Shown here: in pieces, positions 1 through 9,127 of the stretch
How the letters are laid out: each line of letters starts with the position of its first letter
How positions within the stretch are numbered: position 1 is the first letter of the stretch
From: Flavobacteriales bacterium
Lineage (GTDB): Bacteria > Bacteroidota > Bacteroidia > Flavobacteriales_C > GCA-002722245
DNA length: 64,000 nucleotides
Assembly (NCBI GenBank): GCA_046074525.1
Contig: JBJTOK010000079.1
Location: forward strand, 9,894 to 73,893
Direction of reading: 5' to 3'
Program-made: the position numbers and the translations under genes
The notes under the pieces: model-generated
Told to the model about the DNA's origin: nothing
The model's input: only the letters and a program-made list of their open reading frames with translations
Databases searched by the model: none

Positions 1-1680
1 CACCAACGGTTCAATTTCGGAGATGATGCGTGGGCGGTTTTCGGCCAGTACAAGGATGATGGGTTTTCCTGTTTTGGCCAATTCTTTAACCAGATTCAAC
101 TGCGCTTTTTCCATGGTTAAATCTTCAATATCGCCTGGTTTTTCGGCCGATGGTTTTTCTCCGAGGCACACAATAATGAAATTAGCGTTTTGAGCTTCTT
201 TTACAGCTTTTCCGGTATTTACATCGCTGTCATAAGAAGTACCCTGTACGAAAATTACTTTGTCACTGCCGATTTCATTTTGAATGGCTTGTACTATTGT
301 TTTTTTATCGGTGGGATTGTATTTGTCGTCAACTCCCTGCCATGTATGTGTCCACGCACCATTCAGAGGATTTAATGAATTGGCAGCAACACCGCAAACC
401 AATGTTTTTTTATCTTTTGGTAATGGGAGAATGTTGTTTTTGTTTTTCAGCAGGGTGATGCTTTCTAGTGCTGCCTGGAAATTTTGTTGGGCAAATTCTG
501 CCGATCCGAATTTCGGATAGTTTTTCATTTCATAGTAAGGATGTTCGAAGAGTCCGAGCATGAATTTTACGCGCAAAATTCTTCTTACTGCATCATCAAT
601 CCGGCTCATGGGAACTTTTTCTTCTTTCACCAGTTCGATGAGCAATTTGCAGAAAGATACATCCTGCGGAGTCATACTCATATCGATACCGGCGTTGATG
701 GCCAGGGCGATGGCATCTTTATATGTAGGTGCTACTTTGTGCACGCTGTGAAGCATAATAATGTCTTCCCAATCGGTCACTGCAAAGCCCTGGAAGTTCA
801 ATTCCTGTTTTAAAATTTCTGTGAGGATGTGATAATCGGCATGCACCGGTGTTCCGTTAATTTCGGTGGAGTTGATCATCACAGTCATCGCTCCGTTTTT
901 AATGGCTTCGGCAAAGGGAACTAAATAATATTCACGCAATAATCTTTCGGGCATAAGTATAGGTGTTCTGTCTTTTCCGGAAGCAGGCTGACTGTAGCCT
1001 ACAAAATGTTTGAGACAGGCTGCTACTTTTTCGGGATCATTGAAATTATTGCCCTGATAACCTTTGATAGCGGCATTTCCCATTTGCGTGGCCAGATAAG
1101 GATCTTCACCATAAGTTTCAAAGAAACGCGACCAAAGAGGTTGTCGACCCAAGTCGAGTACAGGAGAAAAATTCCACGGAATAGCAGAAGCGCGCACTTC
1201 ATACGCACAAACAGAGGTTCCTTTTTCTACGAGAGAAGGATTCCAAGTTGCAGCCATTCCCAATTCCTGAGGGAAGAGTGTGGATCCTTGTGTAAAGGTA
1301 GCTCCGTGTATCGCATCAATTCCGTAAAGAACAGGAATTTTCATTCGTGTTTTTTCGGCAGCTGTTTTCTGAATACTGCTGATGATGGTATACCAGTTTT
1401 CCCTGCTTAAGGTATGAGATCCTGTATTCAGTATGGAACCTACATGGTAGCGCAATAAAACCGAATCGAGTTTTACGGAATCGATTTCCATGGTTTTAGC
1501 ATCTTCGGCACTTTTTTTACAAACCATATCGAGGGTGAGCTGCGTCATTTGTCCCACTTTTTCTTCGAGGGACATTTCCGATAATAAGCGGGTGATTTTC
1601 TCTTCGGTGTCGTTTTGCTGAGCCTGTAATACAGAGAGTGATAAGCAAAGCAGCGACAGGGATATGGTTTTGAGATTCAT
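1..1680 (-). CDS. Glycoside hydrolase family 3 (beta-glucosidase-like), N-terminal roughly 560 aa. The gene starts at 1680 and runs off the window start. It is absent from the ORF track because no stop lies inside the window.
   Basis: The reverse-strand translation from the ATG at 1680 gives a signal peptide (MNLKTISLSLLCLSLSVLQA). It then gives a GH3 N-domain pattern (EEKVGQMTQLTLDMV) and GH3 C-domain-like sequence towards position 1. A 6-bp gap to the upstream gene supports an operon. Confidence 0.75.
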   Translation of the reverse strand, partial: MNLKTISLSLLCLSLSVLQAQQNDTEEKITRLLSEMSLEEKVGQMTQLTLDMVCKKSAEDAKTMEIDSVKLDSVLLRYHVGSILNTGSHTLSRENWYTIISSIQKTAAEKTRMKIPVLYGIDAIHGATFTQGSTLFPQELGMAATWNPSLVEKGTSVCAYEVRASAIPWNFSPVLDLGRQPLWSRFFETYGEDPYLATQMGNAAIKGYQGNNFNDPEKVAACLKHFVGYSQPASGKDRTPILMPERLLREYYLVPFAEAIKNGAMTVMINSTEINGTPVHADYHILTEILKQELNFQGFAVTDWEDIIMLHSVHKVAPTYKDAIALAINAGIDMSMTPQDVSFCKLLIELVKEEKVPMSRIDDAVRRILRVKFMLGLFEHPYYEMKNYPKFGSAEFAQQNFQAALESITLLKNKNNILPLPKDKKTLVCGVAANSLNPLNGAWTHTWQGVDDKYNPTDKKTIVQAIQNEIGSDKVIFVQGTSYDSDVNTGKAVKEAQNANFIIVCLGEKPSAEKPGDIEDLTMEKAQLNLVKELAKTGKPIILVLAENRPRIISEIEPLV

Positions 1681-1686
1681 GACAAA

Positions 1687-2661
1687 TTATGGTTGATAAG
1701 GTTTGTTGAAAGTAAATACAGGATGATCAAAAGCAACTGACACAGGATTGGTGTAAGGCGCAGTTTGATCGGAAAGCAATACAAAAGATACACTGGTCAG
1801 CTTATTTGGTTTAGCATCTCCGGTAACGTTGGCATCGGGAATCAAATCGTTGTAATTGTAGCTGAGTAATTTCCATCCATACCAATCGGGACGAATGCTG
1901 ATACCTCTTGCGTTTACACCATTTTCTGAGAAGTTTATCTGCAACCAGGTATCAGAAGGACCTTTGCCATACACCATGATATTGAAGTAAACGCGGTTCG
2001 CATCAGGGTATAAAGGGAAGTAAGTGCCATAATCCTCATCGGCATATTTAGCACTGATGGTCATGTAATTCACATATGGATTGTTTTGCCATGGTGTTCC
2101 CGACATATAGAAAAATTTTCCGCCGTCGGCCAGGATATTGTCTGTGTAAACATTGTTGGTAATGCTTACAGGAGGCCAGTCGCGTGGCCATTCGGTATTG
2201 CTTTTCAGTGTAGCGAAATCAGTCACCAGTACACTTCCCGCATCATGATTCACCATACCGGTAGTGAAAAGCGTAGTGGTAAAAGTATCGGTAGTGTGTT
2301 TGAAAGTGAGTTGTGCAGTCACTGTTTCTTTCTGGAAAGAAGGAGCGTCATCGGCATAGCCTGTCCATCGTGAATTCGACGCATCAATCGTTTTTGAAAT
2401 ACCTTTGATGGTTTTCACAGCAGTGCTTGTATTTCCTTTAAGAGTAATCTGCCATTCGGTTTCATTTTCAAATTCGGCAGTGAAATACTGTTCTTCGTTT
2501 TTTGAAAAATCTACTGATGCTGCTTTTTTATCGAAGCCTGAAAGCACAGTCACCGGACCGGAGATGGTTGACAAATCGGGTCCTAAGTTTTCCTTTGAGC
2601 AGCTCCATCCGAATAAGAGAACGGAGCTAATGCCCAATGATATTAAAATTGATTTTTTCAT
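1687..2661 (-). CDS. Surface lipoprotein of unknown function, a candidate glycan-binding protein (SusE/F-like position in the operon).
   Basis: The N-terminus is a lipoprotein signal (MKKSILISLGISSVLLFGWSCSK). The protein is Trp/Tyr/Asn rich, and the gene is tightly coupled (11 bp and 6 bp gaps) between an OMP gene and the GH3 gene. Confidence 0.55.
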   Translation of the reverse strand: MKKSILISLGISSVLLFGWSCSKENLGPDLSTISGPVTVLSGFDKKAASVDFSKNEEQYFTAEFENETEWQITLKGNTSTAVKTIKGISKTIDASNSRWTGYADDAPSFQKETVTAQLTFKHTTDTFTTTLFTTGMVNHDAGSVLVTDFATLKSNTEWPRDWPPVSITNNVYTDNILADGGKFFYMSGTPWQNNPYVNYMTISAKYADEDYGTYFPLYPDANRVYFNIMVYGKGPSDTWLQINFSENGVNARGISIRPDWYGWKLLSYNYNDLIPDANVTGDAKPNKLTSVSFVLLSDQTAPYTNPVSVAFDHPVFTFNKPYQP

Positions 2662-2672
2662 AGTATATAATT

Positions 2673-4409
2673 TTAATAAGTCATGCTGAACATTACTACC
2701 ACCTGATTGATAGAGTAAGTATTGGCCGCAGTTTTATTATCTGTGTAGTTGAAGATATGGTCCTGTAAAGTGAGGTAAGTTTTTTCGCTGAAGCGGTATT
2801 TTAATCCCACTGCAATTAAGCTTTGTTTCAAATCAACATTGATAGGGTTGAAGGTGGTAATGTCATTGAATTTGTTTCTTACCGCCATTGATTCGTTACC
2901 TTGTGCGAGTAGCATTTTGTAGCCGGCGAGCAAGCTCAGTTTCTTGAAAGTTTCCACTTCCAGTCCGAGATCCACCATGTTGTTCATCAGACTCACATAA
3001 GTTGTAGTATCGCCGCCTCTGTTGGTAGATTCAAATTTGTAACCAGTATTCACAATCAATCTTTTTTTCCATCCGAGGAATTTATTGATGTGGAAATCAA
3101 CACCACCTTTTACCACGATGAAAGAGCGAAGTTGTGCGGAACCTTCACCTACTACTTCCGAAAGGAAAGCAGCATCAACATCGGCTATGATGCGTTGCAG
3201 TGAGTCGCTGCATTGCAGGTTGATGTTAGCGCCGGTACGGTTAGGTGTAGCTTTTCCGTAAGGTTGTGCATTGCCGTAAATTGGATTGTAAGCCATGAGT
3301 GTAGTTACAATTCCGGCATTGTATAAAGCAGGATCTCTCACCAGGTCGAAGATGGAAATGCCACGGGAGATAAGGTTTGTTACATCATTTCCATAGTTGG
3401 AAAAAGTAGTAGGTGTATTTGTGTAATTCACTCGTTTGCTTTGTGCTGCCGAGCTGAAGAAATTAGGATCAACATAAGAATAGTTGGCACTGATAATGGT
3501 GTTGGCATTCTTCAGTTTCAGTTGCAATCCGGCATCGAAGAAAGCCCCCATTTTGGTGTCTACATTATATCCTTTGAAGCTGTATTGCGAGAAACCACCT
3601 TCGGCCATTAATTTCAGTTTCATTTTATTGTTGGCAAACAGTGCCGCTTCCACTTCAGCAGAACCTACAGGATTGCTTGTAGTCAAACTGTCGATGATAG
3701 TATTGGTTCCTACTTCATAAAGATCGAGGTAGTTGAAAGCCAGTTTTAATTTGCTGCTTTGCGTTACCGTAATCTTACCTCCTGCGTGGAAGGCCGAAGG
3801 AAACTGGGCATAGCTGGCTCTGTTTCTGAGGAAGAAACCATCAATGCGAATGGTATCAAATAAAGATTTGTCGAACGCAAAAGAAAAATTAGTGTGCGCT
3901 CCCTGCTGCCACCATGCATTGCCGCGGTTGCTGAAGTTTTCATAATTTGTGTAATCGTTGCGCAAATCGCGGAATATGCTTCCTTCGTTCACAGAACCTT
4001 CTGCGTTGTTGTTGAAGAAAGTATAAGGAGTGAGCTGCATATATAAATCTCCTACCTGATAATTAAAAGCTCTTCCAACAATGCCTTTTACATAAAGTTG
4101 TCGCAATGTTGCCTGGGCACCGGCAGTATAGAAGCCATTGAAATTATTGTTGAAACGCACGATGGCCTGTATCTCAGTTCTTTTGTCGGGATTAACATTG
4201 ATACCCAAATCGAGTAACACATTTCCTTTATTGGTATGGTCGGGATTAACGGTATCGGCTGCTCCCAGCGTATTGGTTTGTTGCAATGCCCTTGAATAGG
4301 CATTGAATTTTATTTTGTCATCCTGTGCGTTCATCAATTGAACGCCGATGAGCATTAAGCCGGCTAAGAGCGCTTTCTTATTCATTTTATGTAGATATGA
4401 AGTTTGCAT
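2673..4409 (-). CDS. Uncharacterised outer-membrane beta-barrel candidate (putative porin-like). The true start is probably the internal ATG at 4385 (MNKKALLAGLMLIGVQLMNAQ).
   Basis: It has a cleavable signal peptide without a lipobox Cys. Amphipathic alternating beta-strand patterns occur throughout (LKLAFNYLDLYEV, KLKLMAEGGF). The C-terminus is aromatic (..VVVMFSMTY). No TonB box or plug motifs are present. Confidence 0.5.
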   Translation of the reverse strand: MQTSYLHKMNKKALLAGLMLIGVQLMNAQDDKIKFNAYSRALQQTNTLGAADTVNPDHTNKGNVLLDLGINVNPDKRTEIQAIVRFNNNFNGFYTAGAQATLRQLYVKGIVGRAFNYQVGDLYMQLTPYTFFNNNAEGSVNEGSIFRDLRNDYTNYENFSNRGNAWWQQGAHTNFSFAFDKSLFDTIRIDGFFLRNRASYAQFPSAFHAGGKITVTQSSKLKLAFNYLDLYEVGTNTIIDSLTTSNPVGSAEVEAALFANNKMKLKLMAEGGFSQYSFKGYNVDTKMGAFFDAGLQLKLKNANTIISANYSYVDPNFFSSAAQSKRVNYTNTPTTFSNYGNDVTNLISRGISIFDLVRDPALYNAGIVTTLMAYNPIYGNAQPYGKATPNRTGANINLQCSDSLQRIIADVDAAFLSEVVGEGSAQLRSFIVVKGGVDFHINKFLGWKKRLIVNTGYKFESTNRGGDTTTYVSLMNNMVDLGLEVETFKKLSLLAGYKMLLAQGNESMAVRNKFNDITTFNPINVDLKQSLIAVGLKYRFSEKTYLTLQDHIFNYTDNKTAANTYSINQVVVMFSMTY

Positions 4410-4420
4410 ATAGAAGAAGT

Positions 4421-6373
4421 TTAGAACATTATTTTTAATTCAACAGTACCTTCTGTTCCCGAGAATTTTTCTGCGGCGAAGTTGTGATCGATGAAAGAGA
4501 AATATCTTTCTCTGAAGTAAAGTGTGGCCTGGTTGGAGAGTGTCAAATCGAAACCAGCTCCGATGGCCTGTCCTACCTGATCTCTTGGTAAACCTGATGT
4601 AATATCCAAATCAGTGTCTCCGTTGCATTTGATCACTTCTAGTCCGCCATAAAGCGTCAGAACGAAATTTTTATGCAGTTGGTAGTACACATCTATTTCA
4701 TGGTAATAGCCTCTGATGTAGGCACTGTAATCAAATTTTGTAAAGGCCGAAAAATCTTTCTGTACCGAGTTGAGTGAAGTAAGATAGTTGATGTACAAAT
4801 CTTTCCTGAACAGCGAACTTTTGAATTTTACCTGGAAATCGAAAGAGTTGAAATAACGGGTATAAATCAAAGAAGAATCGGCATTGATATCGGTAAGATT
4901 TACTTTTTCGTAAGCTCCGCGATAGAAAGTGTGCACTCTTTTGTTTGGTCCGAAACCACCGGCGAGAGGGAATACCCCTGGCAATCTCGACCAAAGAAGG
5001 CCGTTGATTCTGTGACTGTAGTTCAGTGTAGTAGCATTGGCAATGTTTTCCATTTCAGCAGAAATCTGTGTCCCGGTGGACACCATAAATTTCCATACTT
5101 TGAAATTGGTGTTGATGGCAGCACCTCTGCGGTTGTTGGCTAAATCGCCTACATTGTCCATTCCCGGACCGAAAGGGGTGAGTACTCCTTGCGCTCCTGC
5201 TTGTGAATAAGGACCGCTGTTGACCTGACTAACAGTGGTATTGTTAAAACTGGCTACGTTGCTGGTAAAACTTTTTCCGATTTGGAAATAACGCAAATCA
5301 ATAGGAATGAAAGTGTATTTTTTTGGAATGTTTACATCCAGTAAAATTCCTTCGCTCCAGTTTTCAGGGCTAGTCGGACTCATATATCTTCCCATACCTA
5401 CTTCACCGCTCAGAGCAATATCTTTGATTTTAAGTGCAAATTCCGAAGTGAAAATATTCCACTGCATGTTGTAAGAAGAGTTGACACTGTCGGTGCGCGC
5501 AAATGAATTAAATGTATTTAAGCTCACATAGTTTTCCTTTTTCAGGTTTCTCTTAAGTCGCACACCGAGATTTTGTGCCGGACGCACTTCGATTTCCCGG
5601 CTGATGCCACCGTTGATAGCAGTGTGTCCGTAAAAAATATCAAAGTTGGTTTTCAGTTTCTTGATGAAGCCATTCATCATAAATCCTTTAAAGGCTTGAG
5701 ATCCGAAACGGGCATCCTGGTTGATGCTTCCTTTATAATAATAAGAAGCATAACGCGATTTGATATTTCCTGATGGATCCCATGGGCGGCGTTCATAAAT
5801 GCTATAGCGGTTGTAACCTACGTTGGAACCAAAGGTGAACGGAGTAAGGCGCATCCATTCAATACCACCGGCTACAATATTGAAATTTCCATGTTTATTG
5901 GTGGTGCCGCCGCGCAAAACAGCAGAGAAAAAAGGACCAACATTTCCGTTGCTGCCCATAGCCGGACCGCGGTAAAGGGTAAACGGACTTCCCAGTATAA
6001 CTTCGGTACCAAAGCTGGTACCCGGTGCAGGAGATCCGCCCACATAAAGAAATAACACAGGATCATAATAGCCGTCACCCACACTGTTTACATGTTTTGC
6101 GTCAGTAGGCTGATACAGTTGTTGCATTTCCCTGTTGTAGAAAAAACCTCTGTAGTAACCACCTGTGTTGAGACCGCTCAGAAAGTTGTTCAATAAACTT
6201 TTGGATACCGGCGCAGTGATTTCGTCGGAAGTATTTTCTCTCACGAGAGAATTTCTCTGAATATCCCAGGATGCAGAATCCCTGTCTGTTTGTGCATGTA
6301 CAGTGCCGAGGCAACATGCAAAAAGCAGGGGAAGAAAGTGTTTTTTATGAAGAGTAAGATTCATTATTTCCAA
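4421..6373 (-). CDS. Uncharacterised outer-membrane beta-barrel candidate (putative porin family, about 650 aa).
   Basis: A signal peptide is present. The protein is Gly/Asn/Tyr/Phe-rich with alternating hydrophobic strands, and the C-terminus ..GTVELKIMF ends in Phe as classical OMP barrels do. It is too short for a SusC TonB-dependent transporter and has no TonB box. It sits 13 bp downstream of the GH16 gene. Confidence 0.5.
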   Translation of the reverse strand: MEIMNLTLHKKHFLPLLFACCLGTVHAQTDRDSASWDIQRNSLVRENTSDEITAPVSKSLLNNFLSGLNTGGYYRGFFYNREMQQLYQPTDAKHVNSVGDGYYDPVLFLYVGGSPAPGTSFGTEVILGSPFTLYRGPAMGSNGNVGPFFSAVLRGGTTNKHGNFNIVAGGIEWMRLTPFTFGSNVGYNRYSIYERRPWDPSGNIKSRYASYYYKGSINQDARFGSQAFKGFMMNGFIKKLKTNFDIFYGHTAINGGISREIEVRPAQNLGVRLKRNLKKENYVSLNTFNSFARTDSVNSSYNMQWNIFTSEFALKIKDIALSGEVGMGRYMSPTSPENWSEGILLDVNIPKKYTFIPIDLRYFQIGKSFTSNVASFNNTTVSQVNSGPYSQAGAQGVLTPFGPGMDNVGDLANNRRGAAINTNFKVWKFMVSTGTQISAEMENIANATTLNYSHRINGLLWSRLPGVFPLAGGFGPNKRVHTFYRGAYEKVNLTDINADSSLIYTRYFNSFDFQVKFKSSLFRKDLYINYLTSLNSVQKDFSAFTKFDYSAYIRGYYHEIDVYYQLHKNFVLTLYGGLEVIKCNGDTDLDITSGLPRDQVGQAIGAGFDLTLSNQATLYFRERYFSFIDHNFAAEKFSGTEGTVELKIMF

Positions 6374-6386
6374 TGTTTATTAAGGT

Positions 6387-7289
6387 TTATAATTTTTTAA
6401 ACACGCGTACATAGTCCACATACATGTACTTCGGGAAAAGAGTGTTTTCATCAGGAGGCCCAGGCCAGTCGCCACCCACAGCGAGGTTTAGTATCATGTG
6501 AAAATTCTGGTCGAAAGGCCAATGCTTTCCATCGAGGTCTCCCGGTTTTTTAGTAGAGTAGAGGACATCGTCCACGTACCATCTTATTTCATTCGGTTCC
6601 CATTCTACAGAGAAAACATGGAAGGCAGTAGACAAATCTCCTTGCGAGAGTTCGGTGGTGTCGCCTACGTGTTTGTTTTTAGGCCAGGGCTCACCAAAGT
6701 GAATGGTACCGTATACCGTTTTAGGCTGGTGGCCGATGGATTCCATGATGTCAATTTCACCACTCTGCGGCCATGAACCGTACACATAATCGGTAGGCAG
6801 CATCCATATGGCAGGCCATGTTCCTCTTTGCACAGGCACTTTAGCCCGGATGTCGAAACGCCCGTAAGTCCAGTCGGCTTTGTTCTTCGTACGCATTCTC
6901 GCCGAAGTGTAAAACTTGCCTTTGTAGTTTTGTTTAATGGCCTTGATGACCAGATATTTATTGTTGTTGATGTAAGAGTTGTTGCGTGAATCGGTATAGT
7001 ACTGCTGCTCATTATTTCCACCTCCGTCGCCGTTTACTTCATGACTCCATTTACTGGTGTCGATTTTAGGAGCGCTGAATTCATCGCTCCAGATGAGTTT
7101 CCAGCCAGTTCTTGATTCCGGCGATTTGTAACCGTTGTCGGTGGTGGTGGTATTGTCGACAATCACCACTTCCGATGCAGGTTGGTAGAGGTCGGGTAAA
7201 TCGACCAGACTTACCTGCGAGCACTTGCTGAAAAGCAGTGCTGATGAGGCAAGGATAGTGAATAAGTAAATGTTCTTTTTGATATACAT
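6387..7289 (-). CDS. Glycoside hydrolase family 16 endo-beta-1,3(4)-glucanase (laminarinase/lichenase type).
   Basis: The GH16 catalytic motif E-I-D-I-M-E appears in WPQSGEIDIMESIG. There is an N-terminal signal peptide (possible lipoprotein, ..LLFSKCSQ), and the length of 300 aa is typical. Confidence 0.85.
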   Translation of the reverse strand: MYIKKNIYLFTILASSALLFSKCSQVSLVDLPDLYQPASEVVIVDNTTTTDNGYKSPESRTGWKLIWSDEFSAPKIDTSKWSHEVNGDGGGNNEQQYYTDSRNNSYINNNKYLVIKAIKQNYKGKFYTSARMRTKNKADWTYGRFDIRAKVPVQRGTWPAIWMLPTDYVYGSWPQSGEIDIMESIGHQPKTVYGTIHFGEPWPKNKHVGDTTELSQGDLSTAFHVFSVEWEPNEIRWYVDDVLYSTKKPGDLDGKHWPFDQNFHMILNLAVGGDWPGPPDENTLFPKYMYVDYVRVFKKL

Positions 7290-7312
7290 GTTAGTTGGAT
7301 TATGGTGGTTGT

Positions 7313-7891
7313 TTATTTTTTGATGAAGCGGATTTCATCGAAGTAAATCGTACCTACAGGAAGTACCATATACAACATGGTGTTTACTCTTTTGAAATCG
7401 TGGCCTTTTAAGCTGATGCTGAATTTTTTCCATTCGGTATCCACCTCCAGGTAGCTGTCGCTCACTTTGTCTTCAGGCGAACCTCCACCACCTACACCAA
7501 TGTCTTGCAGCAGGTAGGGGCCATCACCAGTTTCTTCAGCACGCGCGTAAAATTCCAGTGTGTTGTAGGCAGAAAGATCAGGTAGTTTAGCATCGTCCTT
7601 CAATGCTACATTCCATGAACCGGTGTATTGAATATGCAAACCTCTCCAGCTTTCTTTGTTGGTGGTAACGATTTTTACACAGTTTTCACCTTTGTAAGGC
7701 TTGTCTTTGCAGACACTTTCAATTTTCATGCTTTCACCATTTTTTTCTCCCATGAATCCTGTGGGAATACCGTGAATCCAGTTGTCGGAGAAAACATAAT
7801 AAGGTTCAACTTCCCCTTCGATGAAGGATATGGAAAGAACGGCGAGTGCCAAGACTGCTGCTGTTTTTAAAATTGTTCGGATGTGCATCAT
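7313..7891 (-). CDS. Small secreted protein of unknown function and first gene of the beta-glucan operon. It is a paralog of 8419..9042 and a possible carbohydrate-binding-module-like protein.
   Basis: It has a signal peptide. It shares motifs with 8419..9042 (GFMGxxNGxSMxIxxxC...ESW..., TEW+K, TIYxD+IR+). The gap to the GH16 gene is 23 bp. Confidence 0.5.
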   Translation of the reverse strand: MMHIRTILKTAAVLALAVLSISFIEGEVEPYYVFSDNWIHGIPTGFMGEKNGESMKIESVCKDKPYKGENCVKIVTTNKESWRGLHIQYTGSWNVALKDDAKLPDLSAYNTLEFYARAEETGDGPYLLQDIGVGGGGSPEDKVSDSYLEVDTEWKKFSISLKGHDFKRVNTMLYMVLPVGTIYFDEIRFIKK

Positions 7892-7916
7892 ATACCTTTT
7901 TTATTTTTTTTTATGG

Positions 7917-7924
7917 GCTATTGA
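7917..7924 (-). promoter_or_regulatory. Candidate Bacteroidota sigma-A -7 element (TAccTTTG) for the beta-glucan operon.
   Basis: The reverse strand reads TACCTTTG, matching TAnnTTTG, 26-33 nt upstream of the ATG at 7891. No clear -33 TTG was found. Confidence 0.25.
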
Positions 7925-8207
7925 ATCAAAGGTAGGCGGGGTGTCTTCTTTGAATGTGTGACAATCGTTCGGAAAGAGTACAAAATCATCCGTAGGATTT
8001 GTTCGCTGATCTTTTAGTGAAATTGAAGAAGGGAAATGTTTTTTTTTGATTCGTACGATAATGAACTCTTTGTGAATGATTTTGTTCCCTTGTATTGCTC
8101 TCTGTGATTTACTTTTGTGAAGAGTAGTAAATTTCATAGTGCTGTAATAAAAACATCTGTTGCGTACAGGTGTAGAGGTTAACCAGAACGCTAGTTTAAG
8201 TTGATTC

Positions 8208-8245
8208 TGTCCCGTGCTTTAGAGGGAAAGCACGGGATTTTTTTG
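8208..8245 (+). terminator. Orphan intrinsic-terminator-like hairpin (10-bp stem cccgtgcttt/aaagcacggg followed by T7) on the plus strand, with no upstream plus-strand gene.
   Basis: The stem-loop plus U-tract is read directly from the sequence. It lies 170 nt upstream of the 8419 start codon in a 528-bp divergent spacer. Confidence 0.35.
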
Positions 8246-8418
8246 TTTTATAATTTTCTTAGTGAATTTTTTTTCTCGCGCATGTCATCCTTCGGGAGTA
8301 CCCTCGGGATGACATACGCGGGGAGAGACAGGGAAAATGTTAGCTAGTACAAACGAAGACTTTTTCTGTACAAATCAATCCCTATCTGCGCGCAGAGCGG
8401 TCCTACCTTAGCTCTATA

Positions 8419-9042
8419 ATGCCAAACCCAACAACTATGAATAAGATTATAAAACTGACAACACTGGCGCTGATTACAGCTGTGTTTTCATCCTGTACAA
8501 AGGATCCGATTTTAGCTGCCGATCAAAATAAAAAAACCGAGACCACTACCACTTCAACTGCAAGCGATGGTGAGCTTTATCTTGAAGAGCAACTGTATCC
8601 GCTCAATGGATTTATGGGGTCGAATAATGGTCAGAGCATGACCATTGATCACCTTTGCACAGAAAACCCTCATTCAGGAAAACATTGTTTGTCGATTACT
8701 TTCGACGGTAGTGAATCGTGGAGCGGGAATGTAATGTTTGCTTCTACACCATGGAAGTCGAATATTGGAAAAGATCTCTCCGGATATAAAAGACTCACCT
8801 TCTGGACACGCTGTAATCAAAAGGGTTTGGGTAACGGACAAATCCACATGGGGATGAAAACCAACGGCAATGATTTTTACGGACAGTTTTTCAATTACAC
8901 CAGTACCGAGTGGAGAAAAATTACCATCACACTTCCTGGAACAGTGAACAGTACACTCATCAATTATCTTTTTGAATATTCACAGAATGCACCCGTAGCA
9001 GGATCAACTATTTACCTGGATGATATCCGTTACGAGAAATAG
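8419..9042 (+). CDS. Small lipoprotein and paralog of 7313..7891 (unknown function, CBM-like). The start is possibly the ATG at 8437 (MNKIIKLTTLALITAVFSSC).
   Basis: There is a lipoprotein signal with Cys, and it shares the conserved blocks of 7313..7891. A terminator lies downstream. Confidence 0.5.
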   Translation: MPNPTTMNKIIKLTTLALITAVFSSCTKDPILAADQNKKTETTTTSTASDGELYLEEQLYPLNGFMGSNNGQSMTIDHLCTENPHSGKHCLSITFDGSESWSGNVMFASTPWKSNIGKDLSGYKRLTFWTRCNQKGLGNGQIHMGMKTNGNDFYGQFFNYTSTEWRKITITLPGTVNSTLINYLFEYSQNAPVAGSTIYLDDIRYEK

Positions 9043-9065
9043 TTTTCTTTCCTAACCCGTGTCCC

Positions 9066-9104
9066 GAGGGATTCGTCCGAAAGGAGAATCCCTCTTCTTT
9101 TTAG
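9066..9104 (+). terminator. Intrinsic terminator (gagggattc ... gaatccctc, then ttctttttag).
   Basis: A 9-bp perfect stem plus a T-rich tract sits 24 nt after the stop of 8419..9042. Confidence 0.5.
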
Positions 9105-9127
9105 ATGAAAATTAAAACACAATCAAT

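Noticed and set aside
2673-6373. The two large genes downstream of GH16 might be a SusC/SusD pair, as expected in a Bacteroidota polysaccharide utilisation locus.
   Set aside because: Neither has a TonB box or plug-like N-terminus, and 650 aa is short for SusC. The 578-aa protein has no lipobox cysteine and is beta-strand-patterned rather than TPR-helical like SusD. Both were therefore called beta-barrel OMP candidates.
7901-8137. 78-codon minus-strand ORF in the divergent spacer.
   Set aside because: It is Lys/Ile-rich low-complexity translation of AT-rich promoter DNA. It has no signal peptide or recognisable motif and overlaps the predicted -7 promoter region. It is most likely non-coding.
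8282-8315. Inner pairing within the 8282-8315 hairpin loop (tcgggag..ctcggga) to make a longer stem.
   Set aside because: The segments are not reverse complements on checking. Only the outer 9-bp stem is real.
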